DNA of 64,000 nucleotides from Octopus vulgaris (GCA_951406725.2 OX597830.1:23188001-23252000), one strand, 5' to 3'. Shown: positions 25,545-37,753, counted from the stretch's first letter. Program-made: numbers and translations. The notes: a model not told the origin generated them from the letters alone.

Positions 25545-25842
25545 AAACAAGAAGTCATACTACCTAACAAATAAGAAGAAGAAGAAGAAGAAACAACAAA
25601 AGCTATAAAACAAATGAAATCCAAACTAAAACTAGAACAGCAACAGACCTTGATAAAATGATGGCAAGAAAAGCCCCTTCATGGCAAATACTGGGCTAAA
25701 CTAAATGCAAAAGAAATAGACAGAGAAAAATCCCAGCAATGGTTGACAAGCTCAGGACTCAAAGCAGAGACTGAAGGATTTTTAATTGCAGCACAAGAAA
25801 CTACCAAAAACATATAATGAAAAGAAACATAACAAGTGACTG
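25543..25842 (+). mobile_element. Dong/R4-clade non-LTR retrotransposon fragment (post-RT region, disrupted)
   Basis: Translates to ...K*WQEKPLHGKYWAKLNAKEIDREKSQQWLTSSGLKAETEGFLIAAQ/NYQKHIMKRNITSDC; the LHG...WL..GL..ETEGF..A.Q pattern is typical of R4/Dong; starts immediately after (AAT)n. Confidence 0.8.
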
Positions 25843-26749
25843 TTATATCACCACAATATCACTCTCTGCTAAATATTGTATCCTAAACATATCTCTTTCT
25901 CTTCACCTTTTACTTCTGCAAACTTTTTAACCACATAATGAGTATTCCTTCCCCACCTGATTGCATGTCGTTAACACTTCACTTTCCTCTTTTTCTCTTG
26001 CCATCTTCTCTTCTTCTTCGCCTCTACCTTCAGCTGACCACATGACACATTTGGTCTAAGTGTATTACTATTAATCATCTTTCTCTACTACTTCCTCTCT
26101 TCTTTCTTCACCCCCACCCATCTTGCTCTCTCTCATTCTTACTCCATCTCCACAACTAACTACAGTACTACAGTATAACAGGCGGATGATCAAACAAATT
26201 ATTATATAGATCAGCTGACCCCGTGCTGTCAAAAAAGACAGCTAATTGTAGTATTTTACATATAAGGTACAAAATAAGGAACATAATAATCACAGATACA
26301 AACATTCACATACTTTCCTTGTACACGCACACACATACTCACACAGAATTGAAACGCTGTTTGAATTTTCTTTTCAGAGTTGAATGTTCACCATCCCACT
26401 TCCATTGCATACACACACACACACAAACATTCACATGACTCCCTTTTACATACACACACACACATATACTCCTGCAGAATTGAAAAGCTGTTTGATTTTA
26501 TTTCCCACTGTATAACTTCCATTATCCCACTACCAAGTTTGCCATCACCCCTTCCTTTCTCATTCATATGTTGTGATGGAGAAAAACACAAGAATATCAT
26601 TATAGTAGATTACTGCAGTGAGCTGGCAGAATCGTTAGCATACAGGAGAAAATTATCAGCAGCATTTTGTGTCTCTATGTTCTCAGTTCAAATTAAACTG
26701 AGGTTGACTTTGCCTTTCATCCCTTTGGTGGGGGTCAATGAAATAAATA

Positions 26750-27381
26750 CAGGGTGCAGCAGAAATACTGCCTACATTTGAAAGGTTGACAGGCATAGGA
26801 GAGGCTGTGTGGTAAGTAGCTTGCTTACCAATCACATGGTTCCAGGTTCAATCCCACTGCATGGCACCTTGGGCAAGAGTCTTCTACTATAGCCTCGGGC
26901 CAACCAAAGCCTTGTGAGTGGATTTGGTAGATGGAAACTGAAAGAAGCCCATCGTATATAAGTATTAATACATATATATGTACATGTGTGTATATGTTTG
27001 TGTGTCTGTGTTTGTCCCCCGCCCCAACATCGCTTGACGACCGATGCTGGTGTGTTTACGTCCCCCGTAACTTAGCGGTTTGGCAAATGAGACCGATAGA
27101 ACAAGTACTAGGCTTACAAAGAATAAGTCCTGGGGTCGAACTGGTCGACTAAAGGTGGTGCTCCAGCATGGCCACACTCAAATGACTGAAACAAGTAAAA
27201 GAGTAAAGAGTAAAAGGAAAAAGAAACAACATTTATGAAAAATTAATTTTACTGTTGTTTAGACAAAGGGTTACAGTTTTTGTTCATTAGCTAAATGAAA
27301 ACATTGTTGGCACTTGCATAAGTTCGTTAGCGACACATAGGGGAAAGTTTGAAATGTGGGAGGTATTTCTGCTGCACCCTG
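26750..27381. mobile_element. Tc1/mariner-type MITE containing a SINE A
   Basis: TIRs CAGGGTGCAGCAGAAATAC / GTATTTCTGCTGCACCCTG with TA on both sides. Confidence 0.9.
26791..27213 (+). mobile_element. SINE family A, full length
   Basis: Matches family A along its length. Confidence 0.9.
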
Positions 27382-27693
27382 TACCAGCTGAGCACCAGGG
27401 TTGGTACAGTCGACTCCCCCACCCTCCCCACAAAATTTCAGGCCTTGTGCTTATAAAAGAAAGGGTAATTATAATTGCTAGTATAATCGTTGTTGATAAT
27501 AACTGATTTCTCCATTCAGTAATTATAATAATAATTATCATTATTATAATTAGTGTCATTACTGTGTAACGGCAACAACAGGAAGAACTTCAATGGAAAA
27601 ATAGAAAGCAATTATCTAAGAGGAGAAAAAAATGTACTGGGGAAGGGAAATCAATACAGACTATTTTCAATTCATCTGTGTTTGGGTGTGCGT

Positions 27694-28990
27694 GAGAGAG
27701 AGGGGAAGGGGAGGAGGAAAAGAGACAGAGAGGAAAAGGAGAAGAGAGAGAGAGAGAGGAAGGGAAAGAAGAGAAAGAGAGAAAGAGAGAGGGAGAGACA
27801 GAGAGAGGAAGAGAGAGAGTGATATAAGACATGGCTCTGTGGAGGAAAGGAGGGAGGAAGAGAGAAGAGACACAGAGCAAGAGAGAAAGAGAAAGAAGAG
27901 AAACAGGGAGAGAAAGAGAGTGATATAAGACATGGCTCTGTGGAGGAAAGGGGGGAAGAAGAGAGAAGAGACACAGAGGGAAAGAGAAAGAGACAGAAGA
28001 GAAACAGGGAGAGAAAGAGTGAGAGGAGGAGAGAGGGAGAGAAAGAGTGAGAGGAGGAGAGAGGGAGAGAGGAAGAAAGAGAGAGAGAGAAAGGGAGAGA
28101 CAGAGAGAGGAAGAGAGACATGGCTCTGTGGAGGAAAGGAGGGAGGAAGAGAGAAGAGACACAGAGGAAGAGAGAAAGAGAAAGAGACAGAAGAGAAACA
28201 GGGAGAGAAAGAGAGTGATATAAGACATGGCTCTGTAGAGGAAAGGGGGGAAGAAGAGAGAAGAGAAACAGAGAGAGAGAGAGAGAACGAGACAGAAGAG
28301 AAACAGGGATAGAAAGAGTGAGAGGAGGAGAGAGGGAGAGAGGAAGAAAGAGAGAGAGAGAAAGGGAGAGTGATATAAGACATGGCTTTGTGGAGGAAGA
28401 GAGGGAGGAAGAGAGAGAGAGGAAGGAAGAGAGACAGAGGAAGGGAGAGAAGAAGAGAAATAGGAGGAGAGAGAGAGATATATAATAAGACATGGCTCTG
28501 TAGAGGAAAGGAGGGAGAAAGAAAGAGAGAGAGAGAGAGGAAGGGAGGAAGGAAGACAGACAGGAAGAGAGAGAAGAAGAGAAATAGGAGGAGAGAGAGA
28601 GAGTGATATAATAAGACATGGCTCTGTGGAGGAAGAGAGAGAGAGAAAGATACAGAAGAGAAACAGAGGAAGGGAGAGAAAGCAAGAGAAGGAGAGAGGA
28701 AGAGAGAGTGATATAATAAGACATGGCTCTGTAGAGGAAGGGAGGGAGAAAAAAGAGACAGGGAGGAAGGGAGAGAAGAGAAACAGAGGAAGGAGAAAGA
28801 GGCGGAGGAAGAGAGACAGAAGAAGAGAGAGAGAGGAAGAAGAGAGAGAGAGGAAGAAGAGAGAGAGAGGAAGAAGAGAGAGAGAGGAAGAAGAGAGAGA
28901 GAGGAAGAAGAGAGAGAGAGGAAGAAGAGAGAGAGAGAGAGTGATATAATAACATATGGCTTTGTGGTAAGAAGTTTGTTTCACAGCCAA
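27694..28990. repeat. Homopurine-rich compound satellite with recurring GTGATATA(ATA)AGACATGGCTCTGT(G/A)GAGGAA motif (about 9 copies)
   Basis: Motif at about 27819, 27920, 28117, 28216, 28370, 28480, 28603, 28708 and 28941, separated by GA-rich tracts. Confidence 0.9.
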
Positions 28991-29608
28991 ATAGTTTCGT
29001 GTGTGTGTGTGTGTGTGTGTATGCACATACATGCATGTGTGTGCATACGGTTATGTATACATACATGGACCAAAGGCATGAAGGCTCTAATTTAGATCAC
29101 TTCAAAACTGGGAAGTGCTACCATACAACTTGGGATGGTCACAGGTGGATTTCTTAAAGGTTAAGTGACATGGTTTCTACCAGCATCATATACACAGGGG
29201 AGTCAGAGCTAATGGAGCATCAGGTGAAATGCCTTGTGATATATATTCCAGCTTCTTTCATTCTCAGTTCAAATTCCACTGCAGCCAAATTTGCACTTCT
29301 CCCTTCTGGAATTGATACTGTACCAGCCTAGGACAGAATGTCTTTCAGAATTTGTCAGGGGTTCTTTGGTTTGAGAGTACCTTCCTCCTCCTCTCCTGCC
29401 ATTCTTGGAGACCCTACAGGGGCCTATCATCTATCCATCTGTCTGTCTGTCTATTTGTTTAATGAGAGACAGAAATGGAAGATATGAGAATTTTTATTAA
29501 TCACCACAATTGTTTCGACCCATCTAGCATCGATCCCTCTCTCATTAACCAAATACATAATGAACACTGTGAAAGTGATTGTGCTTTACCAGTAAGCTAC
29601 TGGGTATA

Positions 29609-29673
<65 letters not shown>

Positions 29674-29812
29674 TTATGAGAGGTAATGGTGTCAGTGAGA
29701 CCCAAGGGTGTCAGATAATGCTGACTAAGTGCTATGGATAGACCATAGTTGAGTTCCAGGCTTGGTGATTATGCGAATAAGGGGTCCAACGTAGGTCATA
29801 TATCAGCGTCTG

Positions 29813-29995
29813 TATATAAATTTTTTTTTTTCCGTAATGAGATAAGAAACCAAGGCTGTGTAGATTTTAGAACATTTATAAAAAGAAGGTCTTACAGCTG
29901 TTTCGAGGAACAGCTGTAAGACCTATTTATAAATGTTCTAAGATCTACACAGCTTTGGTTTCTTATCTCATTACGGAAAAAAAAAATTTATATAT
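29813..29995. repeat. Palindrome with arms of about 88 bp and a spacer of a few nt
   Basis: TCCGTAATGAGATAAGAAACCAAGGCTGTGTAGA...GGTCTTACAGCTGTT pairs with AACAGCTGTAAGACC...TCTACACAGCTTTGGTTTCTTATCTCATTACGGA. Confidence 0.92.
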
Positions 29996-30039
29996 ATATT
30001 GAAGAGACTTGCTGGGTAAGGTTGGAACAATGTGAGACG

Positions 30040-30299
30040 ATATAAAGTAAACTATGAAAAGAAAACAAAATTGGAGTTTTACTTTATAATTCTATACTTT
30101 CAGGCTTATGAGCCCTTCTTCAGGGTATGTGGACAAGTGGCAGATGGAAAAAAGATCATTGCTCAAATAAGGTGACATGTGCAAATTGGTGTTGCTATAG
30201 TAACCAGTCTACTTTGGGTAGCTCTTTTCTATAATTTATGACTGGTATCAGTTTGTTAATAAGGAAGGCCTCCATGATTCCGATATTGTTTCTATTGCA
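30040..30299 (-). mobile_element. Penelope-like element 3' fragment (GIY-YIG C-terminus plus hammerhead-like core)
   Basis: Minus strand encodes CNRNNIGIMEAFLINKLIPVINYRKELPKVDWLL* (E..I....P.iN pattern), followed by CUGAAGA-A-GGGCU-CAUA-AGCCU-GAAA at 30098-30123. Confidence 0.65.
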
Positions 30300-30314
30300 A
30301 TGAGTTTATATTAT

Positions 30315-30530
30315 CTTTTATCTTTTACTTGTTTCAGTCATGAGATTGCAGCAATGCTGGGGCACAGCCTCGACAAAATTTAGTTGAATGAATTAACCCC
30401 AGTAGTTTTTTTCTTTTTTCAAGCCTGCTACTTACTCCATCAGTTTCTTTTGCCAAACCTCTAAGTTATGGGATATTAAACACACCAACACTGGTTGTCA
30501 AGTAGTGGTGGGGGACAAACCCAAAGACAC
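30315..30530 (-). mobile_element. SINE family A, 3' half
   Basis: CTTTTACTTGTTTCAGTCAT...GGTTGTCAAG...GGGGACAAAC. Confidence 0.75.
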
Positions 30531-30541
30531 ACACACATGTA

Positions 30542-30576
<35 letters not shown>

Positions 30577-30594
30577 GCATGCGTGCGCGCGCGC

Positions 30595-30713
<119 letters not shown>

Positions 30714-31068
30714 AAGCCGATATCTATTCTGACCAGCCTTAGCAGAAAAAAAATGTTACGTTGACCTCAACAGGAATCAAACTCAAAATAGCAAATTGAG
30801 ACAGAATTTAAAGCAATTAATAAAGTTGCGTTGTGCTTGTACCAAACTATTCCTCCACCCAAGTTAAGTAACAATAACAATAATAATAACGATAAGCCAT
30901 TCTAATAGAGTGCATTTGTCTGATAACCAGGGGAGTCGGCCCAGCTAGAGAAGAAGAAGTCATAAATCAAGGAGGCTCATCATAATTTAATTGGGTGTAA
31001 TTTCCTGTCAAGATTTCAAAACAAATTGAACTATATTTAAAACTGGTGGTCAGAAGGGAGTTCGGGGC

Positions 31069-31305
31069 AATGATGATGGTGGGAACAATGAAGATGATGA
31101 TGATGATGATGGTTGTGATGAGAAAGATAGTAAGAATGATAATTATTGAGATAACGATGACAATTATTATGAAAATGCGGATTATGATTACGATGATGAT
31201 GATGACAATGATGATGTCATTGGTGATGATTGTGATGCTGATGATGTCAATGATGATGCTGTCATTGGCGATGATTGTGATGCCGATGATGAACACAATG
31301 AGGAA
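31069..31305. repeat. (GAT)n-derived low-complexity tract
   Basis: Degenerate trinucleotide run. Confidence 0.8.
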
Positions 31306-32815
31306 GATTCACAGATAAGACATATAATGCCCCAAATTTAGCCCTATTACTGGGAAACGTGGAGATATGATATTCACATCTTTCTTCTATAATAGCAGGA
31401 CAAATACTTCAAAAGAATTGAAAACAAGCAAAAAAAATGAAACAAAAGAAAAAAGCAACAAAAAGTAAAAAAAAAAAACTAACAATAACCGAATGCTGAC
31501 AAAAGCCAGCAAATGTTAAAAAGTAATTTGAATAGCAAAGTACAATATCAATATGCCATAACGAGCACAAAACCAATAGGAGCAAGACATTTGTAGCATC
31601 AGTCCACAGTATGTAGTGTCTTCTTGTTGTTGGGTTTCAATGAAACCTAACGTAATTAGACGGTGGGAGCGAGTGGAGGGAGGGGGTGGGTGGGTGGGGT
31701 GCGCGCTTTAGCTTGCGAGACGACATCAGTAATGTAGGAGAACAATGCAAAATACGACATATTGCTGAACAAATTAGACATCTAACGACTATCCATTCTG
31801 AGAGCAAAAGAAGTGGCTGGCTGACGGTGGTGGTGGTGGTGGTGGTGGTGGTGGGGATGAATGGGTGGGTGGCAGGAAGGGTGGTTGGTCGGCTGACTTT
31901 GGTGGCAGGGTGGGGTGGGGTGGGGTGGGGTTGAAGTGGGGCCGGGGGAGGCGTCAAAGAACAGATAAAAGAAGGTAACTATTAATGTTGTAATACTAAC
32001 ATTTTAAAGCTGCAAGAAAAAAGAAAAAAACGAAAGCAAAAAAAAAAAATAATAATAAATAAAAAGAAAATGGACAGAAATTGTCAAAGGTTTCAAATGG
32101 CCACATCAGAAGTGAAAGCAGTCGTGGGGAGGGGCTGGGGAACAAAAAAAAAAAAACGACAAACATACGTAGGCACAGGCATGGTCATGTAGTTAAGAAT
32201 CTCATTTTGCAACCATGTGATTAGGGGTTCAGTCCCACTGTGTGGCACCTTGGGCAAGTGTCTTTGGCTAGAGTCCCAGGCTGACCAAAGCCGTGTGAGT
32301 GAATCTGATAGACAGGATAATACAAATATAAATGTATGTTTGTGTGTGTTTTCATATCAGTGTTTGTCACTGCCTCCCACACCTTAGCAACCAGTGTTGG
32401 TTTGTTTATATCCCTCCAACTTAGCAGTTTGCTAAAATAGACTGATAGAATAAGCATTAGTCTGAGAAGTAATCAGAATAAAATAGACTGACAGAATAAC
32501 TAGAAGAATTGTTGATTTGTCTGACCAAAATCCTTCAAGGCAGTGCCTTCAAGGGCTGCCTCAGTCAAATCGTCCAACCCATGCCAGCATGGAAAGTAGA
32601 CGTTAAATGACAATGATGATGATACACACACACACATATATATATATATAGTGTACCTGATTGTGGAGTTCCACATGCTTTTCACATATTTTGGCTTTAA
32701 ACTTGGTACATAGTGATGTCGTGGATCCATAGGGTTGTATACTTATAAGTTTGTGTTTACATTCATTCTGTGAATCATGTGGGGGGTCATACACGTATAC
32801 AAACACATGTATGCA

Positions 32816-32853
<38 letters not shown>

Positions 32854-32855
32854 AA

Positions 32856-33253
32856 TAGGTGTAGGAGTGGCTGTGTGGTAAGTAGTTTGCTTACGAACCA
32901 CAGGGTTCTGGGTTCAGTCCCATTGCGTGGCACATTGAGCAAGTGTCTTCTACTATAGCCTCGGGCCGACCAAAGCCTTGTGAGTGGATTTGGTAGACGG
33001 AAACTGTAAGAAGCCCATCATCTATGTGTATATATATGTATGTGTATATGATTCTGTCTGTGTTTGTCCTCCCCAACATTGCTTGACAACCGATGCTGGT
33101 GTGTTTACGTCCCCGTAACTTAGTGGTTCGGCAAAAGAGACCGATAGAATAAGTACTAGGCTAACAAAGAATAAGTCCTGGATCCGATTCGCTTGACTAA
33201 AGGCGGTGCTCCAGCATGGCCGCAGCCAAATGACTGAAACGAGTAAAAGAGTA
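32856..33253 (+). mobile_element. SINE family A, full length; an older copy lies at about 32171-32460
   Basis: Matches family A along its length. Confidence 0.9.
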
Positions 33254-33994
33254 GAGTATCCATACATGTATCTTTATACATACAATGCACATGCATCTCT
33301 GCATCTGCATTATTCATCATTTTGTTTGCATTTGGATGTACACTCAGAACTGTGGAGTTTCACATATCTCTCACATAATTGACGTCAAACTTGGTTCACC
33401 TACGATATATAGTTGGTATTCAAAGTTTAGATTTGTGTGGGGTGGATGTAGATATGAGTGGGTGTTTACAGAGAGAGAAACTATTATATGTACAATAATG
33501 AATATAAGTTGGTTGTCTGATGTGCCAGGCAACACCATTAGTCGGTTAGTAATAAAAAGAGAACTTTTAATAACTAAAAAGACAAAAAAATAAATAAATA
33601 AATAAATACCCAACTAATTTCTAAGGCAAGATGCAACACCATAAGTGCTGGAGATCAAGTCAACATCAAATGGAGGATATCCACACCAAATGATATAATT
33701 ACAATTGAAAAACAAAAACGGCAACAACAAAAAAAAAAAAAATCGAAGAAAAATAGTACAAAAAAATATACATACATAAAAAGTTATTTAAGATACAAAA
33801 ATCTGCATAAAATATATATATATATATACATATGAAAAAATACATATAAAATACAAAACATACTGAAAATACTGTATAGGGTTCTAAGAAATTTTAACCA
33901 ACAAAAAGACCAGCAGTTAACATATAACAAAGACTGACATTATAATCTATGGGAAAATATATATACATATATATATATATATTTGTATATGTGT

Positions 33995-34051
<57 letters not shown>

Positions 34052-34832
34052 ATATGTATGTATATATATGAAGAGGGGACATTAATATGTTAATTGATGT
34101 ATCAATGTTGAGTGACTGTAATGATGTGTAGGAGAAACTTGAGAACTTAATGAACTCGGATTTGTGTTGATGTTGAAAATGTTGAATAGAGAATGTTGTG
34201 GCAAGTGAAGAAATGTCTGTTAGTCTGTTTATCTTTATCTTTGTAGTTATTAGTAGAGCAGGAATGATATATGCTCGGTTCTATATCAACAGATACTAAA
34301 AGAAGATGACTGCTGATAATAAATATCGGAAGTATTTCAGCAGAGATGATATTATAAAGGGACTTTCCTAATGGTTACTTGACTTTCTAGAAATAATAAC
34401 CAAAGGCCTTCCTGAAATCACACCCTCCCATCTAACAGAAAAAAAAAATTATATAAATGCCATGAGATATACATCTTTTCTGCTTGTCTTGTTTCAGTCA
34501 TTGGATTGTGGCTGTCTGGCTGGCCATGCTGGGGTACCTTTTTCAGGGGTTTTAAGTAAATAAATTGACCCCCACCTCCCAGGACTTACATTTTAAGTGT
34601 GGTACTTATTCTATTGGTCTGTTTTGCCAAATGAGTACAGGGATGTAAACATATCTACACCAGTTTTGAAGTAGTGTTGGGGTGAAGCATTAAATGCAGA
34701 CAATGGCACACACACATACACATATATACACGAGTATATACTTATATATACATACACATACATACATATATGTATATACATACATTACATATATACACAT
34801 ACATACAATTCATAGACATATATATATATACA

Positions 34833-35210
34833 TTGTGGCACTCAGGCAGTTACAATGATAAGGGTTCTAGTTGAGCCAATCCATGGAACAGCCTGCTCAT
34901 GAAATTAAAATGCAAGTGGCTGAGCATTCCACAGACACGTGTACCCTTAACGTAGTTCTCGGGGATATTCAGTGTGACATAGTGTGACAAGGCTGGCCCT
35001 TTGAAATACAGGTACAACAGAAACAGGAAGAAAGAGTGAGAGAAAGATGTGGTGAAGGAGTACAGCAGGGTTCGCCACCACCCCCTGCCAGAGCCTCGTG
35101 GAACTTTAGGTATTTTCACTCAATAAACACTCATAACACCCGGTCTGGGGATTGAAACTGCGACTCTACAACCGCAAGTCCACTGCCCTAACCACTGGGC
35201 CATTGCAACT
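34833..35210 (-). mobile_element. tRNA-derived SINE family E (D-like head, different tail), inside the microsatellite of an old SINE A
   Basis: Minus strand TGGCCCAGTGGTTAGGGC...CAGACCGGGTG; family A halves at about 34480-34700 and 35265-35320. Confidence 0.8.
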
Positions 35211-36394
35211 CTACATATATATAAACATATACATACACAACATACACACACATATATATATACATATGATAGGCTTCCATACAGTTTCTGTCATTCAAAT
35301 TCATTCACAAGGCATTGGTTAGTTTAGCACCATGCCTGGACCTACACCTATAAAGAATACTAACTCAGTTTAAAACAGAGACGAGTGCATATACTGCACT
35401 TAGCTGCAAAGAGATATACATGTACTGATGCAGCAGTGAAAAAAAAAAATAGAAGACCACACAAATTTTCTAAATACCCTGGCATTTTCTGATTCACTTC
35501 AAAAAGCTCATGGAACACCTGCGGATTGCTGTGAAAAGGTCAGCTGTAAATGATTCTATAAATATAGTTAGAGCATTCATTGGAATCTAAAGCATTTATA
35601 AATTTTTACTATTTATAAGTAAGACTTCCAAGAAATACATTGTATTATTTGTGATAGAAAGTAAACTATTAGATCAATCTCCTCAATAGAATGATCAAAT
35701 ATAAATATCATCATCATCATTTAATGTCTGTTTTCCATGCTGGTGTGGGTTGGATGGTTTGAGAGGAGCTGGTAAGCCAGAGGACTGTGCCAAGCTCCAC
35801 TCTCTGCTTTGGCATGGTTTTTATGGTTGGATGTCCTTCCTAATGCCAACCACTTTACAGTAGCAATGGTTTCTAATTTAGGTACAAAGCAAGCTGTTTT
35901 GAGGGATGGGAGTTAATTGATAAAATGAACCCCAAATAATCAATGTGACCTACGTATTTGCATCAGAACAGACTTAGTAACAGTCACCTTAAAGCTAGAT
36001 GCTGGTAAACAGCTTTGAGATTAAGTCAAGAAAGGATATAACATTTTTGTACAAAAAACGGACTGAATCTCCAGGCCCTTTTTAGTTCACGCTTTGTACT
36101 TAATTATTTATTCAACCCTTGAAGTGAAAAGAAAAAAAAGTGAGGTCAACTTTGACATGATTTGAACCCAGAACATAGCTACATGCAGCAAAATTTTGCA
36201 TGTTTTTTAGTTTGGTGTTCAAGTGTTTCAGACACAAGACCACAAATCATCGATGAAGGATAAATCTTATTACATTATCCCCCAATACATGACCGATAAG
36301 GGCAGATTTATTTTATATATACTTATTTTATCAACCAGCTTTAAAAAGGTGAAAGATACAATACACTGGAGTCCCTAGATAACATTGCCTAAAT

Positions 36395-37072
36395 CAGTGG
36401 TTCACAACCAGGGGCTATATGGCTTTTGGGAGCCCATATAAGATTTTGTTGTTAAAATTTATCTACAATAAACTGGATTTATTCCTACAATACACAAAAT
36501 ATTTTAATAATTATTATACGATTCCTAATAATATTTAATTATAAAAATATAATGGGAGTTTTTAGATGCAGTTTTTAGATGAGTTTATAGGTGCAGGAAT
36601 GGCTGTGTGGTAAGTAGCTTGCTTGCCAGCCACATGGTTCCGGGTTCAGTCCCACTACGTGGCACCTTGGGCAAGTGTCTTCTACTATAGCCTCGGGCCG
36701 ACCAAAGCCTTGTGAGTGGATTTGGTAGACGGAAACTGAAAGAAGCCCGTCGTATATATGTATGTGTGCGTATATGTTTGTGTGTCTGTGTTTGTCCCCC
36801 AAACATCGCTTGACAACTGATGGTGGTGTGTTTACGTTCCTGTAACTTAGCGGTTCAGCAAAAGAGACTGATAGAATAAGTACTAGGCTTACAAAGAATA
36901 AGTCCTGGGGTTGATTTGCTCGACTAAAGGCGGTGCTCCAGCATAGCTGCAGTCAAATGACTGAAACAAGAAAAAGAGTAAAAGAGACATTGTATGGGTA
37001 TGAAGGTCGCTCTGCCCTTAGTAATATAGGAGTCAAAGGAGTCCATAGGTAAAATAAGGTTGAGAACTATTG
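36395..37072. mobile_element. hAT MITE interrupted by SINE A
   Basis: TIRs CAGTGGTTCACAACC / GGTTGAGAACTATTG; degenerate TSD GCCTAAAT / GTATAAAT; internal sequence related to 1656-1924. Confidence 0.8.
36590..36986 (+). mobile_element. SINE family A, full length
   Basis: Matches family A along its length. Confidence 0.9.
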
Positions 37073-37753
37073 GTATAAATAGAAAGACAAGAGGGTCATG
37101 GTTTTAATGTCTTTTGATCATAGTCCTGCTCAACTGATATGACCTGGGGTTAAACAACCACAATAAAAACAACTACAACAAAAGGGATAGTTGACTAGAG
37201 AACATAAAGGGACACCGATTTCAATGAAAAGGACAGGGACCCGAAATTTGGGTTAGAAGTGATTAGTTATATTGACCCCTAATATAGGACAAAATAGGGA
37301 GCTGGTAGAATCCTGGACATGTCAAACAAAATGCTTACCAGCATTTCTTCCGGATCTGAACTCAAAATTTGCTCATTCTGAGCTCAAAATCTGCTGAGGT
37401 CAACTTTACCTTTCGTCCCTTCAGGGTCGATGAAATAATATACCAGTCAAGAGCTGGATTCAATGTCATTGATTTGTCTCCCTTCCTACAAAACTTACTG
37501 GTCATGGACCTTGCAAAAGACTAGCATCCCCTCCAGGTAGTGTGTTGTGATCTCAGTCACTCATACACCTTGAAACCAAGCAACTGGCATGATGAGTCCT
37601 ATGAATCAAGAAAACATATTTAAAAATTCCCCAAAACATGACTGGTATTTTATTTTACTGAACTGTTAGAAAGATGGAAAACAAAGACGAACCTACAAAA
37701 CATTTTCCATTGCTATTGTGGTTTACGTTATCCATTATCATAATAGTTATATG

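Larger units (their letters stand above)
26615..27465 (+). mobile_element. Old SINE B split by a Tc1/mariner MITE
   Basis: Family B sequence stops at AAATAAATA (26749) and resumes at TACCAG (27382). Confidence 0.75.

Noticed and set aside
27819-28970. CRISPR-like repeat-spacer appearance
   Set aside because: Spacers are low-complexity, similar to each other and irregular in length; no cas genes; eukaryotic context
27590-29066. ORFs of 480 aa and 464 aa, Leu/Ser/Phe-rich
   Set aside because: They translate the CT-rich strand of a GA satellite, which lacks stop codons by composition
33625-33645. AGGCAAGATG resembling the start of miR-31
   Set aside because: The match ends after 10 nt and I see no hairpin partner; no conserved bilaterian miRNA was recognised in the window
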